From contig JBDHAC010000057.1 in assembly GCA_039588275.1 (NCBI GenBank), positions 1 through 37,622 on the forward strand: DNA of 37,622 nucleotides, in the 5' to 3' direction. The stretch comes from Gemmatimonadota bacterium. Lineage in GTDB: Bacteria > Gemmatimonadota > Gemmatimonadetes > Palauibacterales > Palauibacteraceae. The notes beneath the pieces were generated by a model. That model was given only the letters and a program-made list of their open reading frames with translations. It searched no databases and was not told the DNA's origin. Position 1 is the first letter of the stretch. Every line of letters starts with the position of its first letter. Positions 17,393 through 25,312 of this stretch are shown piece by piece. The translations under genes and the position numbers were made by a program.

Positions 17393-19273
17393 GTGAGCCG
17401 CACGTCACACGAGTACGACGTCCTCGTGATCGGAGCGGGTGGTGCGGGGCTCCGCGCGGCCATCGCCGCCTCGGCCGCCGGGGTTTCGGTAGGCGTGGTG
17501 TGCAAATCGCTGCTCGGGAAAGCGCATACGGTGATGGCCGAAGGCGGGATCGCGGCCGCGCTCGCGAACGTCGACGAGAGAGACGGCTGGAAAGTCCACT
17601 TCGCCGACACGATGCGGGGCGGCCAGTACCTGAACGACTGGCGCATGGCCGAGGTGCACGCCAAAGAGGCTCCTGCCCGCGTGGCGGAGCTCGAGGCGTG
17701 GGGTGCGCTGTTCGACCGCACCGACGACGGCCGCATCCTGCAGCGCAACTTCGGGGGTCACGCGTACCCGCGGCTCGCGCACGTGGGTGACCGCACGGGC
17801 CTCGAGATGATCCGCACGCTTCAGGACCACGGGGTTCACCGCGGGGTCGATTTCCACATGGAGGTCACGATCACGCGCCTTCTAAAGGATGACGGGCGGA
17901 TCGCGGGGGCGTTCGGCTACGATCGCGAGCGGGGCCGCTTCCTGGTCTTTCGGGCCGGTGCCGTGGTGCTCGCGACCGGTGGGATCGGTCGCGCATACAG
18001 GATCACGTCGAATTCCTGGGAATACACGGGCGACGGACACACGCTCGCGTACGACGCCGGTGCCGAGCTCCAGGACATGGAGTTCGTGCAGTTCCACCCC
18101 ACCGGCATGGTGTGGCCGCCGAGCGTGCGCGGGATCCTCGTGACCGAGGGAGTCCGCGGCGAGGGAGGCGTCCTGCGGAACTCCGAGGGACGCCGCTTCA
18201 TGTTCGACGACATCCCGCCCCTGTACGCCGACCAAACGGCCGCGGATGAGGAGGAAGGGTGGCGTTACGTGCGCGGCGACCGTGCGGCGCGACGGCCGCC
18301 GGAGCTGCTCACGCGCGACCACGTGGCCCGCATGATCCTGCGCGAAGTTCGGGAGGGCCGCGGCAGCCCGCACGGTGGAGTGTTCCTGGACATCGCGTGG
18401 ATCAAGGAGCGGCTGTCCGGCGCGGCCGAGCACATCCGACGGAAGCTCCCGAGCATGTATCACCAGTTCAAACAGCTCGCCGACCTCGACATCACGGTGG
18501 AGCCGATGGAGGTCGGGCCCACAACGCACTACGCGATGGGTGGCGTGCGGGTCGACGGCGAGACCCAGATGACCTCGGTGCCCGGCCTGTTCGCCGCGGG
18601 CGAATGCGCCTCCGGACTCCACGGCGCCAACCGGCTCGGGGGCAATTCGCTCTCGGACTTGCTCGTCTTCGGTGCGCGCGCGGGTGAGTTTGCCGCACGC
18701 TTCGCATCGGAGCACGAAGGGTCGACCCTCGAGGACGAGCAGGTGACCGCGGCCGAGCAAGCGGTGCTGGCGCCGTTCGAGCGCGCGGGGACCGACCGGG
18801 GCGACGGGGGCGGCGCCTCGGGCGGATCTGGGGGCGACTTGGGCGGGGGCTCCGGCGGCAGAGACGAAGGGGCCTACGCGATCCAATACGAGCTTCAGGA
18901 CCTGATGCAGGAGAACGTGGGGATCATCCGGACCGGCCGGGAGATCGAGACCGCGGTCGAGCGGATCGAGACGCTTCGGCGCCGCAGCGAGGCGACGGCG
19001 GTGCGCGGGAACCGCGAGTACAACCCCGGTTGGCACACGGCCCTCGACCTTCACAACCTCCTGACCGTGTCCGAGATGATCGCGCGCGCCGCCCTGGCGC
19101 GGCCCGAGAGCCGTGGCGCGCACACGCGTGACGATCACCCGGAGAGGAATTCGGGGTGGGGCGGTGTGAACCTCGTGATTCGTAAGGAGGCCGACGGATC
19201 CATGGAGATCCGCCGCGAACCGATCCCACCAATGCCGACTGGGCTCGCGGCCATCATCGAGGATCAGGGCTGA
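17393..19273 (+). CDS. sdhA: Succinate dehydrogenase/fumarate reductase flavoprotein (Rv0248c-like)
   Basis: 'VIGAGGAG', covalent-FAD 'KAHTVMAEGG', 'QFHPTG', 'TEGVRGEGG', 'HYAMGG', 'LHGANRLGGNSL' and 'ESRGAH'. Confidence 0.95.
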   Translation: MSRTSHEYDVLVIGAGGAGLRAAIAASAAGVSVGVVCKSLLGKAHTVMAEGGIAAALANVDERDGWKVHFADTMRGGQYLNDWRMAEVHAKEAPARVAELEAWGALFDRTDDGRILQRNFGGHAYPRLAHVGDRTGLEMIRTLQDHGVHRGVDFHMEVTITRLLKDDGRIAGAFGYDRERGRFLVFRAGAVVLATGGIGRAYRITSNSWEYTGDGHTLAYDAGAELQDMEFVQFHPTGMVWPPSVRGILVTEGVRGEGGVLRNSEGRRFMFDDIPPLYADQTAADEEEGWRYVRGDRAARRPPELLTRDHVARMILREVREGRGSPHGGVFLDIAWIKERLSGAAEHIRRKLPSMYHQFKQLADLDITVEPMEVGPTTHYAMGGVRVDGETQMTSVPGLFAAGECASGLHGANRLGGNSLSDLLVFGARAGEFAARFASEHEGSTLEDEQVTAAEQAVLAPFERAGTDRGDGGGASGGSGGDLGGGSGGRDEGAYAIQYELQDLMQENVGIIRTGREIETAVERIETLRRRSEATAVRGNREYNPGWHTALDLHNLLTVSEMIARAALARPESRGAHTRDDHPERNSGWGGVNLVIRKEADGSMEIRREPIPPMPTGLAAIIEDQG

Positions 19274-19322
19274 TGCGCGCCCGGGATCAGGGCTGATGCG
19301 CACCCGGGAACAGGGCTGATGC
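19261..19322 (+). repeat. 23-bp tandem repeat (2 full + 1 partial copy) spanning the sdhA stop / sdhB start
   Basis: GGATCAGGGCTGATGCGCGCCCG / GGATCAGGGCTGATGCGCACCCG / GGAACAGGGCTGATGC. Each copy carries TGATG. Confidence 0.93.
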
Positions 19323-20071
19323 CGCACGCGACCTTCGAGATCTGGCGGGGGGATGCCGACGGCGGCGCCTTCAGCACCTACGAGATCGCGTACGACGAGG
19401 GAATGGTCGTGCTCGACGTGGTGCACAAGATTCAGGCCGAGCAGGCGAACGACCTGGCGGTGCGCTGGAACTGCAAAGCGGGCAAGTGCGGCTCATGCTC
19501 GGCCGAGGTCAACGGGGTGCCCAGGCTCATGTGCATGACGCGCATGAACGAGCTGCGCACGGACCGTCCGATTACCGTCGAGCCAATGCGTGCCTTCCCA
19601 CCCGTCAAGGACCTCGTCACCGACGTGGCGTGGAACTACGAGGTGAAAAGGAGCATCCGGCCGTTCGAGCCACGCCCGCCCGACGCCGAAGACGGGACAT
19701 GGCGGTTCGACCAGCGGGATACGGACCGAGTGCAGGAGTTTCGCAAGTGCATCGAGTGCTACCTGTGCCAGGATGTGTGTCACGTGCTGCGGGAGCACCA
19801 CCTGCACGACGAGTTCGTGGGCCCCCGCTTCTTCGTGCACGCAGCGGCGCTCGAGATGCACCCGCTCGACGTGGCCGACCGGCGAGAGGATCTCAAGAAG
19901 GTGGGCGGGATCGGCTACTGCAACATCACGAAGTGCTGCACGAAGGTGTGCCCTGAGCACATCACGATAACCGACAACGCGATCATCCCGCTCAAGGAGC
20001 GCGTGGTCGACGAGTTCTACGATCCGGTGCGCCGACTCGTCAGGCTTTTCCGCCGGCGCCCGAAGGAGTGA
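19319..20071 (+). CDS. sdhB: Succinate dehydrogenase iron-sulfur subunit (Rv0247c-like)
   Basis: 'CKAGKCGSC...C' (2Fe-2S), 'CIECYLCQDVC' and 'CNITKCCTKVCP'. Confidence 0.95.
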   Translation: MPHATFEIWRGDADGGAFSTYEIAYDEGMVVLDVVHKIQAEQANDLAVRWNCKAGKCGSCSAEVNGVPRLMCMTRMNELRTDRPITVEPMRAFPPVKDLVTDVAWNYEVKRSIRPFEPRPPDAEDGTWRFDQRDTDRVQEFRKCIECYLCQDVCHVLREHHLHDEFVGPRFFVHAAALEMHPLDVADRREDLKKVGGIGYCNITKCCTKVCPEHITITDNAIIPLKERVVDEFYDPVRRLVRLFRRRPKE

Positions 20072-20075
20072 CGCA

Positions 20076-20576
20076 ATGTTCGAGCTGCGACCCCTGTCCA
20101 AAGACGCCGTCGTGAAGGCGCTCGAGAAGGCCGAGCGCTACCGGTTACTCAACGAGCCGTTTCTAGCCGAGAGCATTTGCCTCGATATCCTGGACGTGGA
20201 GCCCGAGCACCAACGGGCGCTCGTGACGTTGCTCCTCGCGCGGACCGACCAGTTCCCGAACCGACTGTCGACGGCGTTTCGGGGGGCTCAGGAGATCGTG
20301 CCACGGCTCGAGGGCGAGTACGCCCGTGTCTATTACGAGGGCCTGATCTGGGAGCGCCGCGCAAAGGCGCTCTACAACCGACACGTGCCCGGGGCGGCCC
20401 AGCAGGCCTACGACGGGTTTCGGCGGGCGCTCGAGCTGTATCGCCACGCCATCGACCTCCATCCCGAGGGGAATGAGGAGGCGATCCTCCGCTGGAACAC
20501 CTGCGTGAGGATCATGGAGCGGGATCCCAAGCTCGAGGAAGCGCCGGAGGACACGTTCCAACCGCTGCTGGAATAG
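20076..20576 (+). CDS. Hypothetical TPR-like helical protein, last gene of sdh operon
   Basis: Starts 4 nt after the sdhB stop. Helical-repeat pattern ('ALEKAERYRLLNEP..AESIC.DIL...P', 'YYEGLIWERRAKA', 'ALELYRHAIDLHP'). Confidence 0.8.
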   Translation: MFELRPLSKDAVVKALEKAERYRLLNEPFLAESICLDILDVEPEHQRALVTLLLARTDQFPNRLSTAFRGAQEIVPRLEGEYARVYYEGLIWERRAKALYNRHVPGAAQQAYDGFRRALELYRHAIDLHPEGNEEAILRWNTCVRIMERDPKLEEAPEDTFQPLLE

Positions 20577-20589
20577 CGCGCGGGGCTCT

Positions 20590-21843
20590 TTACGATCTCT
20601 CCCGGGGATTCCACTCTCCCCTGGCGACAGCCGGGACGAAAGACTCCAGGCCGGGGGGCGGGAAAGCGATGGTCTTCTCTTGCTCGGCGCTCATGTAGGC
20701 CGTCATCAGCAACTCGGTCACATTGACGCCGTCGCTGAAGTTCTCGTCGGGTCGCACACCGGCCAGGAATGACTTCACCATGTGCCGGTTCTCGCCCACG
20801 TAGCCGTACTCGGCCTCCTCGTCGCCCACCACGGGCATGAGTCCCATCTCGGCGTTCTGCTTCTCCACCATGTCCTCGCCGGCCGCGCCCTTCACTTCCC
20901 GGCTGAAGAACAGCTTGGGACCGGCATCGAGCGAGTTTACCGACAGGGAGTACTCCGGCCCCAGAAGCTCCATGCTGAGCCGGAGGCCCGCGCCCACGTA
21001 GCACCACGATGTGGTGGCCTCGACGATGCGCGCGTCACCGTTCCCGTCACGGTACTCCACCATCGCGCGCGCGAAGTCCTCGGCGGGCCGGTTCAGGTAG
21101 TCGGTCTTCCCGTCGCTGCGTTCGGCGAGCTGCTGCGCGTACCGCGGCAGCTGCCATTTGAGGCAGGACGTGTGCGCCGTGACCTTGACCGGTGCGAGCA
21201 CGTCCCGCTCGGCGCCAGGCGGAGTCAGCAGGAAGCGAGCGACCTCCACCGAGTGGCACATCATGTCGTTGAGCACGCCGCCGCCCTGCAGCTCTCCCTC
21301 CCAGAACCACGGCATGTGGGGTCCGCTGTGTTCCTCTGCGGCGCGGGCCAGGTAGGGTGGTCCCGTCAGCGCTGCCCCGCGAGTCCACAGGATTTCCCTA
21401 CCCCTCACGATTCCAGGCGTGAACAGCTGGTTCTCCAGGTAGCCGTCGAGCAGGTCGGCCTTCCGGGCCAATTCCAGCATCCTGCGCGCCTCGGCGGCGT
21501 TCCGGCCCAGCGGCTTCTCGCACGCCACGCCCTTGAGCTCGCCCTTACCCGACTCGATCGCGTGCGCGATCTCCTCCATGACCTCTATACGCGTGAAGTT
21601 GGGGGCGCAGATCCACACCGCGTCAATGTGTGGATCGGCCACCATCTCGGTGATGGAGTTGAAGGCCTGCGTAGGTCCGACACCCAGATCGTTGGCGAGC
21701 GCCGCCGCCTCCTCCCCCGTTCCGTCCGGGCGGGTCACCACGCCGAGGATGTCGGAGTCGCGCACCCCCACCCACGACCGGATGTGAAACCTCGCCACGA
21801 ACCCACCACCGACGATCCCTACTCCCAGTCTGGTATTCCTCAT
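20590..21843 (-). CDS. Gfo/Idh/MocA family NAD(P)-dependent oxidoreductase
   Basis: Rossmann 'GIVGGGFVARFH', 'CEKPLG' and 'GGGVLNDMMCH'. ATGA overlap with the GH16 gene. Confidence 0.92.
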   Translation of the reverse strand: MRNTRLGVGIVGGGFVARFHIRSWVGVRDSDILGVVTRPDGTGEEAAALANDLGVGPTQAFNSITEMVADPHIDAVWICAPNFTRIEVMEEIAHAIESGKGELKGVACEKPLGRNAAEARRMLELARKADLLDGYLENQLFTPGIVRGREILWTRGAALTGPPYLARAAEEHSGPHMPWFWEGELQGGGVLNDMMCHSVEVARFLLTPPGAERDVLAPVKVTAHTSCLKWQLPRYAQQLAERSDGKTDYLNRPAEDFARAMVEYRDGNGDARIVEATTSWCYVGAGLRLSMELLGPEYSLSVNSLDAGPKLFFSREVKGAAGEDMVEKQNAEMGLMPVVGDEEAEYGYVGENRHMVKSFLAGVRPDENFSDGVNVTELLMTAYMSAEQEKTIAFPPPGLESFVPAVARGEWNPRERS

Positions 21844-22718
21844 GTTGTGCCTCCCGGCATCGGGTCCACGATGCGGCGATAGACGCGCACGTAGTCGACA
21901 TAGAGACGCTGCGGCGCCATGTCATCCGGCGGCAAGTGCGGCGTATCGAACCAGCCGCCCACTGCCAGGTTGAGGATGACGTAGAAGGCATGCCCCTCGT
22001 CGAAAGGCCAGTAGACGGGATCTTCGCCAGTGGGCTTTTCGATCGTCTGGAACGGGACGCCATCCACGAACCACCGGATGCGCCCCGGGAACCATTCGAT
22101 GGCGAAGATGTGCCAATCGTCGTGGAAGCTGCCCGAGGCCAAGCGGTACTCGGCCCACGTGATGCGGTTCGCGGCCGGATCGGGGCCGCGGTGGATGGCT
22201 CCGGAAGTCCAATCTGGCAGCCTTCCCTTGCCCTCCATGACGTCGATCTCGCCGCACCGCGGCCACCCCACCTCGTCGATGTTGCCGCCCAGCAGCCAGA
22301 AGGCCGGCCACATGCCGACTTCGCCGGGCTGCCGTAAACGCGCCTCGAAGCGCCCGTGCAGGAATTCCCGCTTGCCCTTCGTGCTGAGGCGGGCGGAGGT
22401 GTGTCGCCGGTGGACGAAATCCTCGCGGCGCGCCTCGATGACCAGGGAGCCACCTTCGATCCAGGCGTTCGCGCCCGGCTCGGCATCCACACGGTCGGTG
22501 TAGTACTGCAGCTCCTCGTTGTGGGGATCCGGCATGACCTGTGGCGTCCAGTTCCGTTGGTCGATCAGAGTACCGTCAAACTCGTCGGCCCACACGAGCT
22601 CCCAGCGAGGAACAGCCTCAGCGGCCCGGTTGTCCGGGTGCTCGCACGAAGCACAGCCCACCAGGAGCAGAGCCGCCAGCAGGAACTCGGAGCATCCGTA
22701 AACCCGGGCTCGGCTCAC
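21840..22718 (-). CDS. Glycoside hydrolase family 16 (laminarinase-like), probable lipoprotein
   Basis: 'WELVWADEFDG', 'NEELQYYT', 'TSARL', 'GMWPAFWLLG', catalytic 'EIDVME' and 'ILNLAVGG'. Signal '...LLVGC'. GTG start overlaps the GMC TGA. Confidence 0.92.
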   Translation of the reverse strand: MSRARVYGCSEFLLAALLLVGCASCEHPDNRAAEAVPRWELVWADEFDGTLIDQRNWTPQVMPDPHNEELQYYTDRVDAEPGANAWIEGGSLVIEARREDFVHRRHTSARLSTKGKREFLHGRFEARLRQPGEVGMWPAFWLLGGNIDEVGWPRCGEIDVMEGKGRLPDWTSGAIHRGPDPAANRITWAEYRLASGSFHDDWHIFAIEWFPGRIRWFVDGVPFQTIEKPTGEDPVYWPFDEGHAFYVILNLAVGGWFDTPHLPPDDMAPQRLYVDYVRVYRRIVDPMPGGTT

Positions 22719-24430
22719 AGCTCCTCCCGATCCAACGCGCCGAACGCGTAATCGCAGGCCCGGGCCGTCAGGGCCATGTACGTGAGTGACGGATTCTGAC
22801 ATGCGGCCGACGTCATGCACGCCCCGTCCGTGACGAACACGTTAGGCGCATCGTGTAGCTGGTTCCACGCGTTGAGCACCGAAGTGCGCGGATCCCGACC
22901 CATGCGCGCGGTTCCCATCTCGTGGATCCCCTCTCCCGGCCGGTAGTCGTCTTCCCAGGTCTCCACCTCGGTCAGACCGGCCGCCTCCAGCATCTCCGCG
23001 CCCGCGGCCGTCATGTCCCGCCGCATGGCGAGCTCGTTCTGGCCCAACGTGCAGTTGATGCGGAGCACCGGGATGCCCCAGGCGTCCGTCACATCCGGAT
23101 CGAGGGTGACGTAGTTGTCGTAGCTTGGGAGCGTCTCGCCGAACGCCCATAGGCTCATCCGCCAGCGGCCGGGCGACCGGAGACGGTTCTTGAGCTCCGC
23201 GCCTAGGCCGGCCTCGGCGATGCCCCGGGCCCACCCCTCGCGGCCCGCCCTTCCCTGATAGCCGTAGCCTCTTACGAAGTCGGGCTGCCGCGTTCTGTCG
23301 TCCAGGTTCCGAAAGCGCATCAGGTAGATGCCGTTCGGGCGCTGGCCGTACGTGTAGCGGTCCTCGAGGCCGGGAAGCGTTCCCTCGGCGCCCAGCCTGA
23401 AATGATGATCCATCAGGTAGTGCCCCAACGTCCCGCTCGAATTGCCAAGCCCGTCGGGGAAACGGCCGGACTGGGTCATGAGGAGGATTTGGGTCGACGC
23501 CAGCGTGGACGCGCACAGAAACACGACCCGGCCGCGGAACTCGGGCTCCTCGCGCGTTTCGGCATCGATGACCCGGGTTCCGGTGACGCGATCCCGGCCC
23601 TCGTCGTACATCAGGCTGTGCACGATGCTGTGGGTCCGGATCGTGAGCCGACCCGTGTCGAGTGCAGCGGGGAGCGTGCTGCTCAGGCTGCAGAAGTAGG
23701 CGCCGGCGGCGCAGCCGCGACTGCAGGGGCCGCAGTAGTGGCAGGGGTTCCGGCCGTTGTGCGCCTGCGTCAGAACGGCCGAGCGGCCGATCGAGAGACG
23801 CCGGTCGGGAAACGCCGCCTCGAGCCCTTGCTTTACCCGCACCTCGCCCGCGTTCAGCGGCATGGGAGGGAGAAACCGGCTGTCCGGGAGCTGGGGCATA
23901 CCTTCGGCTTGGCCGCTCACGCCGACGAATCGCTCGACGTAGTCGTACCAGGGCTCGAGATCGGCGTACCGGATCGGCCAATCGATCTCGATCCCCTCGC
24001 GCGCGTTCGCCTCGAAATCGAGATCGCTCCAGCGGTACGATTGCCGGCCCCACGTGATCGAGCGGCCGCCCAGGTGATAGCCCCGGATCCACAGGAACGG
24101 CTTGTCTTCGTCGAACGTGTACGGACTCTCCCGGTCGTTCACGAAGAAGTGGCCGTTATACTCGTTGACCGGGCCGGCCTCTGCCTGGAGGAACTGGTCC
24201 TCCTCCAACCTCCGGCGGTCGCCCTCGCCCCGGTACGGCATCTCCCAGGGAGGCTTGTGCTCGGTAGTGTAGTCCGGCCCGTGCTCGACCGGCCGCCCCC
24301 GCTCGAGAAGCAACACATCCAGGCCCCGCTCGGTCAGCTCCTTCGCGGCCCAACCCCCCGTAATGCCGGAGCCCACCACGATCGCGTCGTAGGTCTTCCC
24401 GGGGTCCGCCTGACCGGTCTGGAGGCTCAT
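22715..24430 (-). CDS. GMC family FAD oxidoreductase, glycoside/glucoside 3-dehydrogenase-type large subunit
   Basis: 'IVVGSGITGGWAAKEL', 'LGGRSITWGRQSYRWS', Cys cluster 'CHYCGPCSRGC', 'YLMDHH', 'IHEMGTARMG' and 'QNPSLTYMA'. ATGA overlap with the small subunit. Confidence 0.92.
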   Translation of the reverse strand: MSLQTGQADPGKTYDAIVVGSGITGGWAAKELTERGLDVLLLERGRPVEHGPDYTTEHKPPWEMPYRGEGDRRRLEEDQFLQAEAGPVNEYNGHFFVNDRESPYTFDEDKPFLWIRGYHLGGRSITWGRQSYRWSDLDFEANAREGIEIDWPIRYADLEPWYDYVERFVGVSGQAEGMPQLPDSRFLPPMPLNAGEVRVKQGLEAAFPDRRLSIGRSAVLTQAHNGRNPCHYCGPCSRGCAAGAYFCSLSSTLPAALDTGRLTIRTHSIVHSLMYDEGRDRVTGTRVIDAETREEPEFRGRVVFLCASTLASTQILLMTQSGRFPDGLGNSSGTLGHYLMDHHFRLGAEGTLPGLEDRYTYGQRPNGIYLMRFRNLDDRTRQPDFVRGYGYQGRAGREGWARGIAEAGLGAELKNRLRSPGRWRMSLWAFGETLPSYDNYVTLDPDVTDAWGIPVLRINCTLGQNELAMRRDMTAAGAEMLEAAGLTEVETWEDDYRPGEGIHEMGTARMGRDPRTSVLNAWNQLHDAPNVFVTDGACMTSAACQNPSLTYMALTARACDYAFGALDREEL

Positions 24431-25005
24431 GCCCATGTCCGGCCGACCTCGTCCAGCGGCAGGTTCCCGTCGTAGCGACCGGGCACGGCCAGCCACTGGA
24501 GCTCCTGCGTCGCTCCGATTTCCGTCGTGTAGTAGCCCACCAGCGTCCACTCCTTGAGGATCGCGAAGAAGGGGAGGGGATCGACCTCGTCGTCGCGTGC
24601 CCGGACTCCTTCTTCGTCGAGGCGAGCGAGGAGCTCGTTCTGTTGCTCGCGAGTCGCCTCGCGAAAGAGGGCACCGTGGCTTTCCCGGCTCTCCTCGTCG
24701 ATGGCGGCGAGGCCGGTCAGAAACCGCTCGCGCTCGTTCACGTCCGCCCAATCCTGGAGCAGCCTGTCGATGAAGGAGGGAACGCCGACATCCCTCGCCC
24801 CGGGCGTGTCGGTGGTCGGAATGATGCGATCGACCAGGACTTCGAGAAGGTTGAACTGGTCGGACGTCAGGGCTTGCGGAACCCAGTCCGGCGTTGGTGG
24901 CTCGGCCCGGCAGCCAGGGAGGATCGCACCCACCGCTGGAGTGGAGATGGCGCTGCCCAGGAGCAGGGTCAGCCGGCCGAGGGCTTCACGACGGGAGAGA
25001 TCCAT
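24427..25005 (-). CDS. Gluconate 2-dehydrogenase subunit 3 family, Tat-exported small subunit
   Basis: Tat motif 'SRREAL', 'IIPTTDTPGARDVGVPSFID' and 'KEWTLVGYYTTEIG...VPGRY'. AGGAGG RBS. Confidence 0.92.
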   Translation of the reverse strand: MDLSRREALGRLTLLLGSAISTPAVGAILPGCRAEPPTPDWVPQALTSDQFNLLEVLVDRIIPTTDTPGARDVGVPSFIDRLLQDWADVNERERFLTGLAAIDEESRESHGALFREATREQQNELLARLDEEGVRARDDEVDPLPFFAILKEWTLVGYYTTEIGATQELQWLAVPGRYDGNLPLDEVGRTWA

Positions 25006-25101
25006 GGACTCGCCTCCTGAGGGTGCCGCTCAAGCTGCGGAGCGCGAGCCATCGCTGCAAACCGGGGTCGCCGGCCACGACCACGTACCCGCCCCCAAAT
25101 C

Positions 25102-25312
25102 CGTCCGCTTCCAGACCGCGTCCCTTCCTCCTTCCGAAGCCGGGATAACGAGCTTCAGGGACGTCCTCACGGGCGAGGACATCGACGCGATTCAGGCATA
25201 CCTTGTGCATGAGCAGCACGAGCTTCGACAGGAGGAGCCCTTCGTCGGCCGGATCGCGCGGCTCGCCGCCCTTGAGCCGACGCCACACACTCGTCAGGAG
25301 AAGTTGATCTGA
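25102..25312 (+). pseudogene. Internally deleted remnant of a quinohemoprotein PQQ dehydrogenase gene
   Basis: 25133-25237 encodes SEAGITSFRDVLTGEDIDAIQAYLVHEQHELRQEE, 28/35 identical to 37306-37410. 25102-25127 matches the upstream leader 35246-35271 at 24/26 nt. Confidence 0.85.

Noticed and set aside
19261..19322. 23-bp repeats as CRISPR or iterons
   Set aside because: No unique spacers. The unit derives from the sdhA end and sdhB start.
24554..25312. 252-aa plus-strand ORF as a real gene
   Set aside because: Mostly antisense to the Tat small subunit. Only its last part is the PQQ-ADH remnant.
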